Shown here piece by piece: positions 17,813-28,016 of a stretch of DNA of 64,000 nucleotides. Under the pieces are notes generated by a model. That model did not search any database, had not been told where the DNA came from, and saw only the letters and a program-made list of their open reading frames with translations. The position numbers and the translations under genes were made by a program. Position 1 is the stretch's first letter. Every line of letters starts with the position of its first letter. This DNA is from Terriglobia bacterium (GTDB lineage Bacteria; Acidobacteriota; Terriglobia; 20CM-2-55-15). The DNA lies in NCBI GenBank assembly GCA_965198225.1, contig CBDAOY010000008.1, positions 896,001-960,000 on the forward strand, in the 5' to 3' direction.

Positions 17813-18562
17813 ATGGCCGATGAGCTAAGGATAACGTTGCCGCTCTACGAAGGGCCACTCGACCTGCTGCTGGACATGATCCGGAAGCAGAAGATCGACA
17901 TTTACGACATCCCGATCGCGGAAGTCACAGCACAGTACCTGGACTTCCTGCACCTGATGAAGGAGATGAACGTCGATCTGGCCTCGGAGTTTCTTCTGAC
18001 GGCCGCGCAACTCATCTACATCAAGTCCCGCATGCTGCTGCCTTCCGATCCCGACGCGGACCCGGAGGAAGACGAGGATCCCCGGGCCGAGCTCGTTCGT
18101 CGCCTGCTTGAGTACGAGAAGTTCAAGAATGCCGCCGAGATGCTCTACCAGAAGGAGATGATCGAACGAGCGATCTGGACCCGGCCGGGCAGTCTGGACT
18201 CTGGCGGCCAGGAACCCGAGCACCAGGTAACGGCGACTCTCTTTGACATGCTGTCGGTGTTTCGCGACGTCCTGAAGCGCTTCGAGGAGCGCCCGCCCCT
18301 GGATATTGCGCGAGAGGAGTTTTCCGTCGAGCAGATGATGAAGTTCGTGCTCGGTGAGGTCCGCAGCGCACCGAACGCTGTGGGCTTCTTGAAACTTCTG
18401 GAAAACTTCTCGACGCGAGGCGCCCTGATTACGGTCTTCCTGGCCTTGCTCGAACTGGCTCGAATTCGTGCGATCAGTATTTCGCAGAAGGGAGCCCTCT
18501 CCGACATTCAGCTCACAGCCAACCCGAACTATGAGCGATCCGAAACTTTCAGCATTGCTTGA
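17813..18562 (+). CDS. scpA: Segregation and condensation protein A
   Basis: YEGPLDLLL, IYDIPIA, IKSRMLLP, FLALLEL. Confidence 0.95.
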   Translation: MADELRITLPLYEGPLDLLLDMIRKQKIDIYDIPIAEVTAQYLDFLHLMKEMNVDLASEFLLTAAQLIYIKSRMLLPSDPDADPEEDEDPRAELVRRLLEYEKFKNAAEMLYQKEMIERAIWTRPGSLDSGGQEPEHQVTATLFDMLSVFRDVLKRFEERPPLDIAREEFSVEQMMKFVLGEVRSAPNAVGFLKLLENFSTRGALITVFLALLELARIRAISISQKGALSDIQLTANPNYERSETFSIA

Positions 18563-19172
18563 GGCCATCATCTATCTGGCCGAAGAACCGGTGCGCATCG
18601 GACAGATCACCCGGGCGCTCAAAGATGTGTCCCGCAAAGAGGTGACGGCCGGCATCGGGGAGCTCATCGATAAATACCAGGCTCCAGAACACGGAGTTGA
18701 GATCCGTGAAATCGCAGGAGGGTATCTCTTCTCGACAAAAGCGGAGCATCACGAAATCCTGAAGAGGTTCGCCAAGAGCCTGGTGCCACCGACACGCCTC
18801 TCCCTTGCGGCACTCGAAACGCTTGCCGTGATCGCCTACCGCCAACCCATGACCGTGCCCGAGATTCAGGAGATCCGCGGGGTACAGGCCAGCGGTGTGA
18901 TCAAGACGCTGCTGGACCGCAAACTCGTCACGGCAGCCGGTCGTAAAGAAGTCATCGGCAGACCGATTCTCTACAAGACCACTCGAGATTTCCTGATCCA
19001 CTTCGGCCTCAAAAGCCTTGACGAACTGCCAAGCATGGAGGAGTTTGAAGAGTTGATCAAGAGCGAGCACTCCGTCGGGCAGGCCGAGCTCCCATTAGAC
19101 GATCCGGAAGGGAATCAGGCGGACGATCAGGGGACGACCGACGGGGGGGCCGACATCCCGCCGGACGCCTAA
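18531..19172 (+). CDS. scpB: Segregation and condensation protein B
   Basis: LSLAALETLAVIAYRQP, IRGV, GRPILYKTT, FGLKSLDELP. Confidence 0.95.
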   Translation: MSDPKLSALLEAIIYLAEEPVRIGQITRALKDVSRKEVTAGIGELIDKYQAPEHGVEIREIAGGYLFSTKAEHHEILKRFAKSLVPPTRLSLAALETLAVIAYRQPMTVPEIQEIRGVQASGVIKTLLDRKLVTAAGRKEVIGRPILYKTTRDFLIHFGLKSLDELPSMEEFEELIKSEHSVGQAELPLDDPEGNQADDQGTTDGGADIPPDA

Positions 19173-19208
19173 CGCCGGTAATCGCCACATCCTCTTCAGA
19201 ACCAATCG

Positions 19209-20024
19209 ATGGACGAACGTCTACAGAAGATCCTGGCCCACGCCGGCGTCGCGTCTCGCCGAGCGGCTGAGGAGATGATCGTTGCCGGCCGGGTTTCGGT
19301 GAACGGCAACGTCGTGCGGAAGATGGGCGTCCGCGCAAACCCGTTCCGTGACATCATTGCCGTCGACGGAGATCGGATTCCCAAGGCAGGCAAGCCGGTC
19401 TACGTGCTGCTCAACAAACCCCGCAGCGTCGTTTCGACGCTGGAAGATCCCGAAAAAAGACAAACGGTCGTCGATCTGATTCGACCCAAGATCCACGAAC
19501 GTGTGTATCCCGTCGGTCGGCTCGATTTCGCATCCGAGGGACTCCTGATCCTCACCAACGACGGAGAGTTCACGCGATTCATGACGAGGGGAGGCCACGT
19601 CCCCAAGGTATACCGGGTGAAGGTTTCCCGAACCCCGGCCGAGGAAGAACTGGGACGACTTCGCCGAGGCCTGCGGGCAGGGGGTATCCGCTACGCCGCA
19701 TGCAAAATCCACCTCGTCAAACCGGGGACGAACCCATGGTATGAGATCACCCTGCTGCAGGGCCGAAACCGTCAGATCCGCCGGATGATCGAGGCCATCG
19801 GGCATCGTGTCCTCAAACTGCGACGGACGCGAATCGGCTTCCTGGAGGACCCGCGGCTGAAACCCGGAGAATGGCGCCTCCTGCAAGCGTCCGAAATCAA
19901 GAAATTCTATGATCGTTACTCGAACCAGGAGGCAACCGAGCCCGGTCACTCCCGGCCGGTCGGGATCCGCAAGACGAAGGCTCCCCGGGCCTTCAAGAAC
20001 AAGACGAAGCGGAGAAGACTATGA
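19209..20024 (+). CDS. rluB: RsuA/RluB-family rRNA pseudouridine synthase
   Basis: S4 domain ERLQKILAHAGVASRR, YPVGRLD, GRNRQIRRM; follows scpAB. Confidence 0.9.
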   Translation: MDERLQKILAHAGVASRRAAEEMIVAGRVSVNGNVVRKMGVRANPFRDIIAVDGDRIPKAGKPVYVLLNKPRSVVSTLEDPEKRQTVVDLIRPKIHERVYPVGRLDFASEGLLILTNDGEFTRFMTRGGHVPKVYRVKVSRTPAEEELGRLRRGLRAGGIRYAACKIHLVKPGTNPWYEITLLQGRNRQIRRMIEAIGHRVLKLRRTRIGFLEDPRLKPGEWRLLQASEIKKFYDRYSNQEATEPGHSRPVGIRKTKAPRAFKNKTKRRRL

Positions 20025-21109
20025 AATTCATGGACATCGTACCGGAGCACATCCGCGCCATCCAGCCATACAAGCCCGGCAAACCGGTTGAAGAAGTCGA
20101 GCGCGAACTCGGCATTTCGGCCATCAAGCTCGCGTCGAACGAGAACCCCTGGGGACCCTCGCCAAAAGCAGTGGCGGCGGTGCGGGAGTATCTCGAGGAC
20201 GCGGGCCGATATCCGGAAGATACGGGCTTTTACCTTCGCCGCCGTCTCGCGGAGAAGCACGGTGTTGACATGAACGACATTATCGTTGGTGCGGGTTCGA
20301 GTGAAATTCTCGCGATGGCGTTTCACTCCTTGATCGGGCCCGGTGACGAGGTGCTGACTTCCGAAGGGTCGTTCGTCCTCTACTACCTGCTCACCCAGGG
20401 CATGGGGGGGAGACTCGTTGCGATGCCCCTGCGGGACTACCGCTTCGATCTGGATGCCATGTCGGAGCGAATCGGGGAAAAGACCCGGCTGATTCTCATC
20501 GCTAATCCGAACAACCCGACCGGTACGATGGTGGGACGTTCCGAGGTTGGGCGTTTCATGGAAAAAGTGCCTGAACACGCACTGGTCGTGTTTGACGAGG
20601 CTTACTTCGAGTATGTCCAGGACGACGACTACCCTGATTCGTTCGAATACCTTTCGTCCGGTCGGGGCGTGTTGATTCTGCGGACCTTTTCCAAGGCGTA
20701 CGGCCTGGCCGGCTTCCGTGTCGGTTACGGCATAGGGCAGCCGGACGTCGTGGAGATCCTGCACAAGGTGCGCCCTCCGTTCAACACACCCAGCGTTGCC
20801 CAGGTCGCGGCGCTGGCCGCTTCGGACGACCAGGATCATGTCCGCAGAAGCGTGGGCGAAAACCGCAAGGAGTTGGACTTCCTTGCTGCTGAATTCGAAG
20901 CGCGAAACATGCCCGCTGTCGGGTCGGTGGCGAATTTTGTCCTGGTCGATGTCGGGATTCCGGCGGGAGAAGCTTTCGAGAGGCTCATGCGGCTCGGAGT
21001 GATCGTACGCCCGATGCATGGCGCCGGCTTTCCGACCATGGTGCGCGTTTCAGTGGGCACCCACGACGAGAACGAACAGTTCCTGAGTGCCCTGGACCAG
21101 GTTCGATGA
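20021..21109 (+). CDS. hisC: Histidinol-phosphate aminotransferase
   Basis: KLASNENP, NPNNPTG, DEAY, RTFSKAYGLAGFRVGY. Confidence 0.93.
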   Translation: MKFMDIVPEHIRAIQPYKPGKPVEEVERELGISAIKLASNENPWGPSPKAVAAVREYLEDAGRYPEDTGFYLRRRLAEKHGVDMNDIIVGAGSSEILAMAFHSLIGPGDEVLTSEGSFVLYYLLTQGMGGRLVAMPLRDYRFDLDAMSERIGEKTRLILIANPNNPTGTMVGRSEVGRFMEKVPEHALVVFDEAYFEYVQDDDYPDSFEYLSSGRGVLILRTFSKAYGLAGFRVGYGIGQPDVVEILHKVRPPFNTPSVAQVAALAASDDQDHVRRSVGENRKELDFLAAEFEARNMPAVGSVANFVLVDVGIPAGEAFERLMRLGVIVRPMHGAGFPTMVRVSVGTHDENEQFLSALDQVR

Positions 21110-21495
21110 ACATCGCACAGATTCTCCAGACCTACCGCACGATCGCCGTCGTCGGGCTCTCCTCCAGCCCCTGGAGGCCGAGCCACTCGGTCTCGAAATA
21201 CATGCAGGGCCACGGATATCGCATCATTCCGGTCAACCCGAACGAAGACTCGGTACTGGGTGAGCTCGCGTATCCCCGCCTGGAGGATGTCCCTGAAGCG
21301 GTGGAGATCGTGGATGTTTTCCGGCGTTCCGAATACGTGCCGGACATCGTGGAATCGGCGATTCGGATCGGGGCAAGGGTCGCATGGCTACAGGAAGGTG
21401 TGTTTCACGAAGCAGCCGCGGCACGGGGGCGCGAAGCCGGACTGGATGTCGTCATGGACCGCTGCATCCTGAAAGAACACGCGGCCACCCGGTGA
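21106..21495 (+). CDS. CoA-binding protein (YccU-like)
   Basis: IAVVGLS, IIPVNP, VDVFRR, WLQEG, VMDRC. Confidence 0.9.
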   Translation: MNIAQILQTYRTIAVVGLSSSPWRPSHSVSKYMQGHGYRIIPVNPNEDSVLGELAYPRLEDVPEAVEIVDVFRRSEYVPDIVESAIRIGARVAWLQEGVFHEAAAARGREAGLDVVMDRCILKEHAATR

Positions 21496-21550
21496 TCGAG
21501 CGACAGCGCCCAGTCTCAAGAATGCGAACCGAGGCCCTGCTGTCCCTGAA

Positions 21551-22855
21551 TTACCGTTTTCTGTTCCGCTTCTTCTCGATCTCTTCCAACCTCTGCTTGA
21601 CCCGCGCCTCGACCCCGACGTCCGTGGGGCGGTAGAAGCGCTGACCGAGGAGGCTTTCAGGCAGGCAATGCATGTCGGCAACCTGATCCTCGGTGTCGTG
21701 GGCGTACTCGTAGCCTTCTCCGTAGTGGAGTTTCTTCATCAAGCGGGTCGACGCATTACGAAGGTGCAACGGCACGGGTTCTGCCCGGCTGTAGCGGGCC
21801 TTCTCCAACGCAGCCGAATAGGCCGTGTAGACCGAAGTCGATTTCGGCGCCGCCGCCAGGTAGATGGCGCATTGGGCCAGCGCCAGTGCTCCCTCCGGCA
21901 TCCCGATGAAGGCCACCGAATCCTTGGCGTTCAACGCGACTCGAAGGGCGGTGGGATCCGCCAGGCCCACGTCTTCCGACGCAAAACGAACCAGACGGCG
22001 GGCTACGTAGAGGGGATCCTCACCGGCATCGAGCATGCGCGCGAGCCAGTAGAGTCCGGCATCGACGTCCGAGTTCCGGATGGACTTGTGCAGGGCCGAG
22101 ATGATGTTGTAGTGCTCCTCGCCGGACTTGTCGTAGAGAAGCACCTTCTGCTGCGCGACCTCTTGGATGATGTCTCTGTTTATCTCCTGGTGCGATTCGA
22201 TCGACTGGGACGCCATTTCGAGTATGTTGTATCCCGCCCGAGCGTCCCCGTTGGCCAGGTCGACGATGGTCCGAGTGGCTTCGGCACCGAGGTCATAGTT
22301 GAACCTGGCGGCCGCCCGCTCGATCAGGGTGTGGATTTCGTCATCGGTCAAAGCTTCCAGGACAAAGACGCGGACGCGTGACAAAAGCGCCGCGATCACT
22401 TCGAAGGAAGGATTCTCGGTCGTCGCGCCAATCAGCGTAATACTCCCTTTTTCCACGTAAGGCAGGAAAGCATCCTGCTGCGCTTTGTTGAAGCGGTGAA
22501 TCTCGTCAATGAAGAGGATCGTCCGGCGGCCCAGGTGGTGGGAGCGTTCGGATACCGCCATGATGTCCTTGATCTCTTTGATACCGGACAGAACGGCGCT
22601 GAAGGTCAGGAACTGCGACTTCGTCATGTGCGCGATGATCTGGGCCAGCGTGGTCTTGCCAACGCCGGGCGGGCCCCACAGGACCATCGAGGGAACCTGG
22701 TCATGTTCGATCGCGACCCGCAACGCCTTGCCGGGACCGAGAAGGTGCGCCTGACCGATGAACCCATCGAGTGCTTCGGGGCGCATACGTTCGGCGAGTG
22801 GTGCGGCCTCGGGTTCACCAGGCGGTTTCGGTTCTTCAAACAGTGAATCCATCAT
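21551..22855 (-). CDS. rarA: Replication-associated recombination protein A (MgsA/RarA)
   Basis: PLAERMRP, WGPPGVGKTT, DEIHRFNKAQQD, ISALHKSIR, VPLHLRN. Confidence 0.96.
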   Translation of the reverse strand: MMDSLFEEPKPPGEPEAAPLAERMRPEALDGFIGQAHLLGPGKALRVAIEHDQVPSMVLWGPPGVGKTTLAQIIAHMTKSQFLTFSAVLSGIKEIKDIMAVSERSHHLGRRTILFIDEIHRFNKAQQDAFLPYVEKGSITLIGATTENPSFEVIAALLSRVRVFVLEALTDDEIHTLIERAAARFNYDLGAEATRTIVDLANGDARAGYNILEMASQSIESHQEINRDIIQEVAQQKVLLYDKSGEEHYNIISALHKSIRNSDVDAGLYWLARMLDAGEDPLYVARRLVRFASEDVGLADPTALRVALNAKDSVAFIGMPEGALALAQCAIYLAAAPKSTSVYTAYSAALEKARYSRAEPVPLHLRNASTRLMKKLHYGEGYEYAHDTEDQVADMHCLPESLLGQRFYRPTDVGVEARVKQRLEEIEKKRNRKR

Positions 22856-23637
22856 CTCTGCGCATCAAGCCCACGCCGTCGTGCCGCTTCGTAGAGGACG
22901 ATACCCGCTACGACTGCCGCATTCAAGGACTCGACGGCGTCTTGGTGCGGTACCCGGAACAGTCGATCACACATGTCCTTCTCCTCCGTCGAGAGTCCGC
23001 CACCTTCGTTACCGAACAGGACTGCGGCAGGCTGCTCCCAGGAGAATTCGCCAAGCGGCTGCGGCGCGTCCGTAGCGGTTCCGAGCAGATGGATTCGGGC
23101 CGAACGCAACCGTTGGGCGAGGGCCCCGAGGTCTAGATCCCAGCAAAGTGGCAGGCGGAACAAACTGCCCGCGCTAGCTCGGACGAGCTTATCGTTGTAA
23201 AGGCTCACGGTCCCGAGGGTCGCGAGGCACCCGGCAGCGCCGAAGGCTTCCGCCACCCGCAGGATGGTTCCGGCGTTGCCGGGGTCCTGAATTCGGCAAA
23301 GAACGACAAGGACTTGCGGATCAGTTTCGAGGACGTCAGCGAGGGTGAACGTTCGGGGACGGACCAGGGCGATCGCTCCCTGAGAGTGTCGCGTCGCCTG
23401 TATCGACCGGAAGACCTGGCCTGCCAGTGTGTAAGTCGGCGGGGAGACCGGCGGCGTGTAGGTAGTGTGCTGCTCGAGAAACAGTTCGACGATCTCCACG
23501 CCGCTCCGATGCGCTTCCTCGATCAGAGTCGGTCCTTCCACCGGCAGCAGGCCGTCAGCGGTGAGGGACCCGCGAGAGATGGACTTCCGGATTTCCTTCA
23601 GACGCGGGTTGTGCCTGCCGATCGTCTCGGGCGTCAT
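22852..23637 (-). CDS. TrmH/SpoU-family RNA methyltransferase
   Basis: IQDPGNAGTILR, FGNEGGGL, ESLNAAV; start placed at MTPETIGRHN. Confidence 0.9.
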   Translation of the reverse strand: MTPETIGRHNPRLKEIRKSISRGSLTADGLLPVEGPTLIEEAHRSGVEIVELFLEQHTTYTPPVSPPTYTLAGQVFRSIQATRHSQGAIALVRPRTFTLADVLETDPQVLVVLCRIQDPGNAGTILRVAEAFGAAGCLATLGTVSLYNDKLVRASAGSLFRLPLCWDLDLGALAQRLRSARIHLLGTATDAPQPLGEFSWEQPAAVLFGNEGGGLSTEEKDMCDRLFRVPHQDAVESLNAAVVAGIVLYEAARRRGLDAQR

Positions 23638-23810
23638 GACCGTCATTATCGCAGCAGCTGTGGCCTCCATCCGTAAGAAACGTATGACACGGATAGGATT
23701 CAACGGATATTCTGACGAAATGGAATCTGTTAAATCCGTGGCACACCGATTGAGGTGATGGCTGAACACCCAGCGAAACAATCCAAATATTTTTTGGTAG
23801 TCTTGATCCC

Positions 23811-24455
23811 ATGAGGGTGGTCGACGCCGGACGACACTCGGGGGAAGCAGTTGACGCGGTTATCGATGTCGTCGCCAGCGGCGGAGTGATCTGCTTTCCC
23901 ACCGACACCGCCTATGGTCTCGGCGTCGACCCGGGTAACACCTCGGCCCTGGATCGCCTGTTCACGATCAAGGGCCGGGCTGCGAACAAGCCGATACTGC
24001 TGTTGGTCGACTCGATCGATATGGCACGGACACTGTCGAGAGAGACCGCTCTGTTTGAGCACCTGGTCGGGGAATTCTGGCCCGGCCCCATCACGCTCGT
24101 TGTCTCGGCGGCGCCGGGTCTGTCGGAGCGTGTGACCGCCGGTAGCGGTACCGTGGGCATTCGTTGGCCGCAAGCACCGCTCGCGACCAGGCTGGTCGGC
24201 CGCCTCGGCCACCCCTTGACGGGGACCAGCGCAAACCTGAGCGGAGAGGCTCCAGCCCGCTCTGCGACCGAGGCCGTCGAGCAACTCGGGGATCGGGTAG
24301 ATCTGGTCGTCGATGGCGGCGCGTCTCCGGACACGCCGCCGTCGACCCTGCTCGATCTGACGAAGGATCCACCCCGGCTTCTGCGCGAAGGCTCGATCAC
24401 ATACGATGATCTGGCGAGTTTGCTTAATGGGCGTCTGCGAAAGGTTTCGTCATGA
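23811..24455 (+). CDS. tsaC: Threonylcarbamoyl-AMP synthase (Sua5/YrdC)
   Basis: PTDTAYGL, KGR, FWPGPIT, TSANLSG, PST. Confidence 0.93.
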   Translation: MRVVDAGRHSGEAVDAVIDVVASGGVICFPTDTAYGLGVDPGNTSALDRLFTIKGRAANKPILLLVDSIDMARTLSRETALFEHLVGEFWPGPITLVVSAAPGLSERVTAGSGTVGIRWPQAPLATRLVGRLGHPLTGTSANLSGEAPARSATEAVEQLGDRVDLVVDGGASPDTPPSTLLDLTKDPPRLLREGSITYDDLASLLNGRLRKVSS

Positions 24456-25060
24456 TCCGTCGTTTGCTCAAAGTTGCGGTTCTGCTCATCGTTGTCATCA
24501 CCCTTTTCGGGTTCGCGTACGGGGCCGTGATGTTCTCCCGCATCCGGACCTCCGCCGGACACGACCAGGCCCAACGCGTCGACGCAATCATCGTCATGGG
24601 AGCGGCGCAGTACAACGGACAACCCTCGCCGGTGCTGAAAGCCCGGCTGGACCACGCGCACGACCTCTTCGATCGGGGCTTTGCGAACATCATCATCACC
24701 ACCGGTGGCTTCGGTCCGGACCCCAACTTCTCCGAGGCACACGTCAGCGCCCGGTACCTTTCCGAACAGGGAATAGATCCGTCGCAGATCGTGACCGAGC
24801 AGGGAAGCGGCACCACTTACGACACGGTTCAAGCCGCGTCCCGTCTGATGCATTCCAATGGTTGGAAGAAAGCCCTGGTTGTCAGTGATGGGTTCCATCT
24901 CTACCGCGTGAAAGAGATCTTCGCTGACAGCCGCGTGGACGCGCTGACTTCGCCTGCGCCGGCCAGTCCGATCGAGGTGGCATCGACCTCCCGCATCTGG
25001 TTCACCGTGAGGGAGATCGTTTTGCTGTCCGCGTATCGTCTTGTCCGTTTGGTGGGATAG
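24452..25060 (+). CDS. YdcF/DUF218 family protein
   Basis: DAIIVMGAA, RLDHA, SEA, VSDGFHLYR, RE. Confidence 0.88.
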   Translation: MIRRLLKVAVLLIVVITLFGFAYGAVMFSRIRTSAGHDQAQRVDAIIVMGAAQYNGQPSPVLKARLDHAHDLFDRGFANIIITTGGFGPDPNFSEAHVSARYLSEQGIDPSQIVTEQGSGTTYDTVQAASRLMHSNGWKKALVVSDGFHLYRVKEIFADSRVDALTSPAPASPIEVASTSRIWFTVREIVLLSAYRLVRLVG

Positions 25061-25094
25061 GGCGATCAGCCGTCTAGTGACCTGTTGCAGGCCA

Positions 25095-26603
25095 CTAGGA
25101 TGGATCAATCCAGATTTCGTTCAGGAATTCGTACTCGCCAGCCGGGTAGAGCTTCATGCCCTGGACGCGCCTGTTGTACACGCACACGTTGTCGATGTAC
25201 CAGAGGCTCACGTAGGGCAACTCCTCGGAGACCGTCTTCTGGACCAGCTCGTAGTATTCCTTCCTCTTCTCGGTGTCGGTCTCGCTTTGGGCCGCATCGA
25301 CCCAGCGGTCCACGTCTTCGTTCGCATAGTGGCCGCGGTTGGCGCCGTTTGGCGGAACCATTTCGGAGTGAAAGATCAAGTTGAAGATATCCGGATCGTT
25401 GTTTCCCCCGATCCACCGCAGGGAGTACATCTGGAAGTTGCCTTTGATGACATCGTCATAGAAGGTGGCGAATTCGTTGGAGCGTATTTCCATGTCGATC
25501 CCGATGCTCCGGAGCTGTTGCTGCAAGACCTCCGCGACCAGGCGCCCTGTTTCGTCCGTGGAGGTCCGGTATGTGAAGGCCAGGTCGGTGTAGCCCGCCT
25601 CGGCGAGGATCGCGCGAGCGTGTTCCGGGTCGTATTCGTAACGTGTCACGCCATCAAAATAGGCCCAGTTCGTGGGCGGAAGAACCGAATCGGCGACCCG
25701 GACCTGGTTTCTCCAAACGTTCTGGATGATGCCTTCACGATCGATCGCATGGGCGACGGCCTGGCGAACGCGGAGGTCGCCGAATAGTGGGTCGTCAAGG
25801 TTGAAGGCCAGATACTGGTAGTTGGTGCCTTCGGCCGTCATCACGTCCAGTGCCGGTTCGGAAACCAGCGCCTCGATCATGTCGGCGGGGAGGACGTTCA
25901 GCGCAATATCGACGGTTCCCTTGCGCAGTTCCAGGCCTCGGACGACGGCCTCTGGAATGATCTTGAAACGTACCGCGTCGAGCTTCGGCGTCGGCCCGAA
26001 GTAGTCCTGGTTTGCCTGGAGCAGAACCTCGCCGTCACGGATGTAGTGTTCGAAGCGAAACGGACCGGAACCGATCGGGTGGTCGAAAAAATCGGGGCCT
26101 GAGCCCTCGGGCACGATGCCGATTGCGCCGCGAGCCAGGTTCCACAGGAATGGAGCGAACGGCTCGCTCAGGCGGAAGACGACGGTGTGGTCGTCCAGGG
26201 CCTCGACCTCGTCCAGCAGGCGGTACGTTCCGGCTTTTGCCGTACGAATCGACCCGTCCATGACCGTCTGGAACGTGTACACAACATCCCGGGCCGTCAG
26301 CGGCCGACCATCGTGAAACCTTACCCCCTCGCGGAGACGAAACACGTATGTCGTCGGATCGGGAATCTCCCAGCTTTCGGCCAGGTCCGGGACGATCGAT
26401 GCCGCCTCATCCTTCCGGACCAGTGAGTTGAAGATCAGTTGGACTAGTCTCTCCGACGAAGCATCGGTCCCGATGCGCGGGTCCAGGTTCGTCGGCGGCA
26501 CGTCCAGCGCCAGCGTGACGATGTTCTCCGAGGTTGGTGCGGGTCCGCAGCCCGACAAAGCCGCCAGCAAAAGCAGGGGTGCGACCCATGAACGAAAGCT
26601 CAT
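25095..26603 (-). CDS. ABC transporter substrate-binding lipoprotein, family 5 (peptide/nickel)
   Basis: Lipobox LSGC, PDLAESW, FHDG, PIGSGPF, VRQAVAHAIDR; no permease genes adjacent. Confidence 0.92.
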   Translation of the reverse strand: MSFRSWVAPLLLLAALSGCGPAPTSENIVTLALDVPPTNLDPRIGTDASSERLVQLIFNSLVRKDEAASIVPDLAESWEIPDPTTYVFRLREGVRFHDGRPLTARDVVYTFQTVMDGSIRTAKAGTYRLLDEVEALDDHTVVFRLSEPFAPFLWNLARGAIGIVPEGSGPDFFDHPIGSGPFRFEHYIRDGEVLLQANQDYFGPTPKLDAVRFKIIPEAVVRGLELRKGTVDIALNVLPADMIEALVSEPALDVMTAEGTNYQYLAFNLDDPLFGDLRVRQAVAHAIDREGIIQNVWRNQVRVADSVLPPTNWAYFDGVTRYEYDPEHARAILAEAGYTDLAFTYRTSTDETGRLVAEVLQQQLRSIGIDMEIRSNEFATFYDDVIKGNFQMYSLRWIGGNNDPDIFNLIFHSEMVPPNGANRGHYANEDVDRWVDAAQSETDTEKRKEYYELVQKTVSEELPYVSLWYIDNVCVYNRRVQGMKLYPAGEYEFLNEIWIDPS

Positions 26604-26769
26604 AATCGATCATGTTAGCCCCTTCCGGGTCACAACGGGGGATCATTGCCTACGGAATAAGATCAACAACACCTAGAGCGCGGTGGAGGCGCCGCAGGCG
26701 TATGAATAATACGCCGAGGACGGACGTGCGAGCGTGACAACGCCCAGGTGGATGCATCCGCCGCGCGAT

Positions 26770-26809
26770 GGTAGCAGCCCGTGGCAGAACTCTGCCACGG
26801 GCTGCTACC
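26770..26809. repeat. Perfect 19-bp inverted repeat with a 2-nt spacer, overlapping the nagZ stop
   Basis: GGTAGCAGCCCGTGGCAGA-AC-TCTGCCACGGGCTGCTACC. Confidence 0.9.
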
Positions 26810-27899
26810 GCACCCGGACTTTTTCGACTGTTGGAATCGACTGTTTCAGCTTCTCGATCTGTCGGGTCAGGCGGACCTTCACGTGCGGGCGGTAACGTAG
26901 AGGGACGAATTCGATCTTCTGTTTGCACTCGAAGATGCGTTCGACCGAAGCGTCGATCCGGAGCCGGAGTTTCTTGTCGGCCCGGGCCGTCTCCAGGATG
27001 AACCAGAACGCCTCTTCGAGGAGCGGCGTGGTCTGCGAGAACAGAAACATGTCGTTCCCGGCCTCAAGCGCTCGGAGGAAGATCTTAGGGGTGAGACCGA
27101 TTGATGTGACGGCCCCCATCGTCAGGTCGTCGGTGAGCACAATCCCTTCAAAACCGACCGTCTCGCGCAACAGACCGTCGATCACGCGGTGCGACAGCGA
27201 CGCGGGCAGGGGACGGATGTCTCCCAGAGACGGATAGTGCCCATGAGAGACCATGATCATGTCGACGTCGTTGGAAAGAGCATCGAAGGGGACGACATCT
27301 TCCACGATCAATTCGCGACGGCTGCGATCGATGCGGGGTAAGGCGAAGTGAGGGTCTCGGTGAGCGCCCCCAAGGCCGGGGAAGTGTCGGGCACAGGTAA
27401 AGATCTTCTTCTTGGCGAACTCTTCCACGACGACACGACCAAGACGGGCCACTTCGCCCGCGGCTGCCGCCAGTGTCCGCTCGCGCACGATCGAGTCTGG
27501 GAGTCCCAGGTCCAGGACCGGAGCCAGGTTGGTGTTGAGACCGGCCGCCTCGACTTCGGAAGCCAGGATCCGGGCTCCTGCGCGGACTGCGCTGGTTCCC
27601 AGGTCCGCCAGGTCGGCAAGGGAGGGAACCGGTGCGATGACGTGCCTCAGGCGGTCGACCGCCCCGCCTTCCTGATTGATCGCCAGGAAGAGGGGGACAT
27701 TGGCGTTGCGCTGCAATTCGAGGCTGAGGTCGTAGACCTGGTCGAGGCTCTCGAGATTGCGCTGCGAACAGACGATACCTCCCGGGCGCACCCTTTCCAG
27801 CACCCCGGCGGCATCGGGCGTGAGTTCGCTTCCCTGGAAGCCGACAAAGAAAAGCTGACCGACCCGCTCTTCCAATGTCAGCCGTGCGGAGTCTCTCAT
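26805..27899 (-). CDS. nagZ: GH3 beta-N-acetylhexosaminidase-like protein (variant motifs)
   Basis: INQEGGAVDRL, NLAPVLD, RHFPGLG...DPH, TDDLTMGA, AGNDM. Confidence 0.82.
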   Translation of the reverse strand: MRDSARLTLEERVGQLFFVGFQGSELTPDAAGVLERVRPGGIVCSQRNLESLDQVYDLSLELQRNANVPLFLAINQEGGAVDRLRHVIAPVPSLADLADLGTSAVRAGARILASEVEAAGLNTNLAPVLDLGLPDSIVRERTLAAAAGEVARLGRVVVEEFAKKKIFTCARHFPGLGGAHRDPHFALPRIDRSRRELIVEDVVPFDALSNDVDMIMVSHGHYPSLGDIRPLPASLSHRVIDGLLRETVGFEGIVLTDDLTMGAVTSIGLTPKIFLRALEAGNDMFLFSQTTPLLEEAFWFILETARADKKLRLRIDASVERIFECKQKIEFVPLRYRPHVKVRLTRQIEKLKQSIPTVEKVRVR

Positions 27900-28016
27900 A
27901 CGTTCTGAAACTGGAAAACCGTCTGCGATTCGTGGACGAAAACGCGAACCACTCACAAAACGAGGCGAGGCGAAGGCGAATTCCTCAGGAAATTCAGTCT
28001 CCGTCCCCGAATTCCC

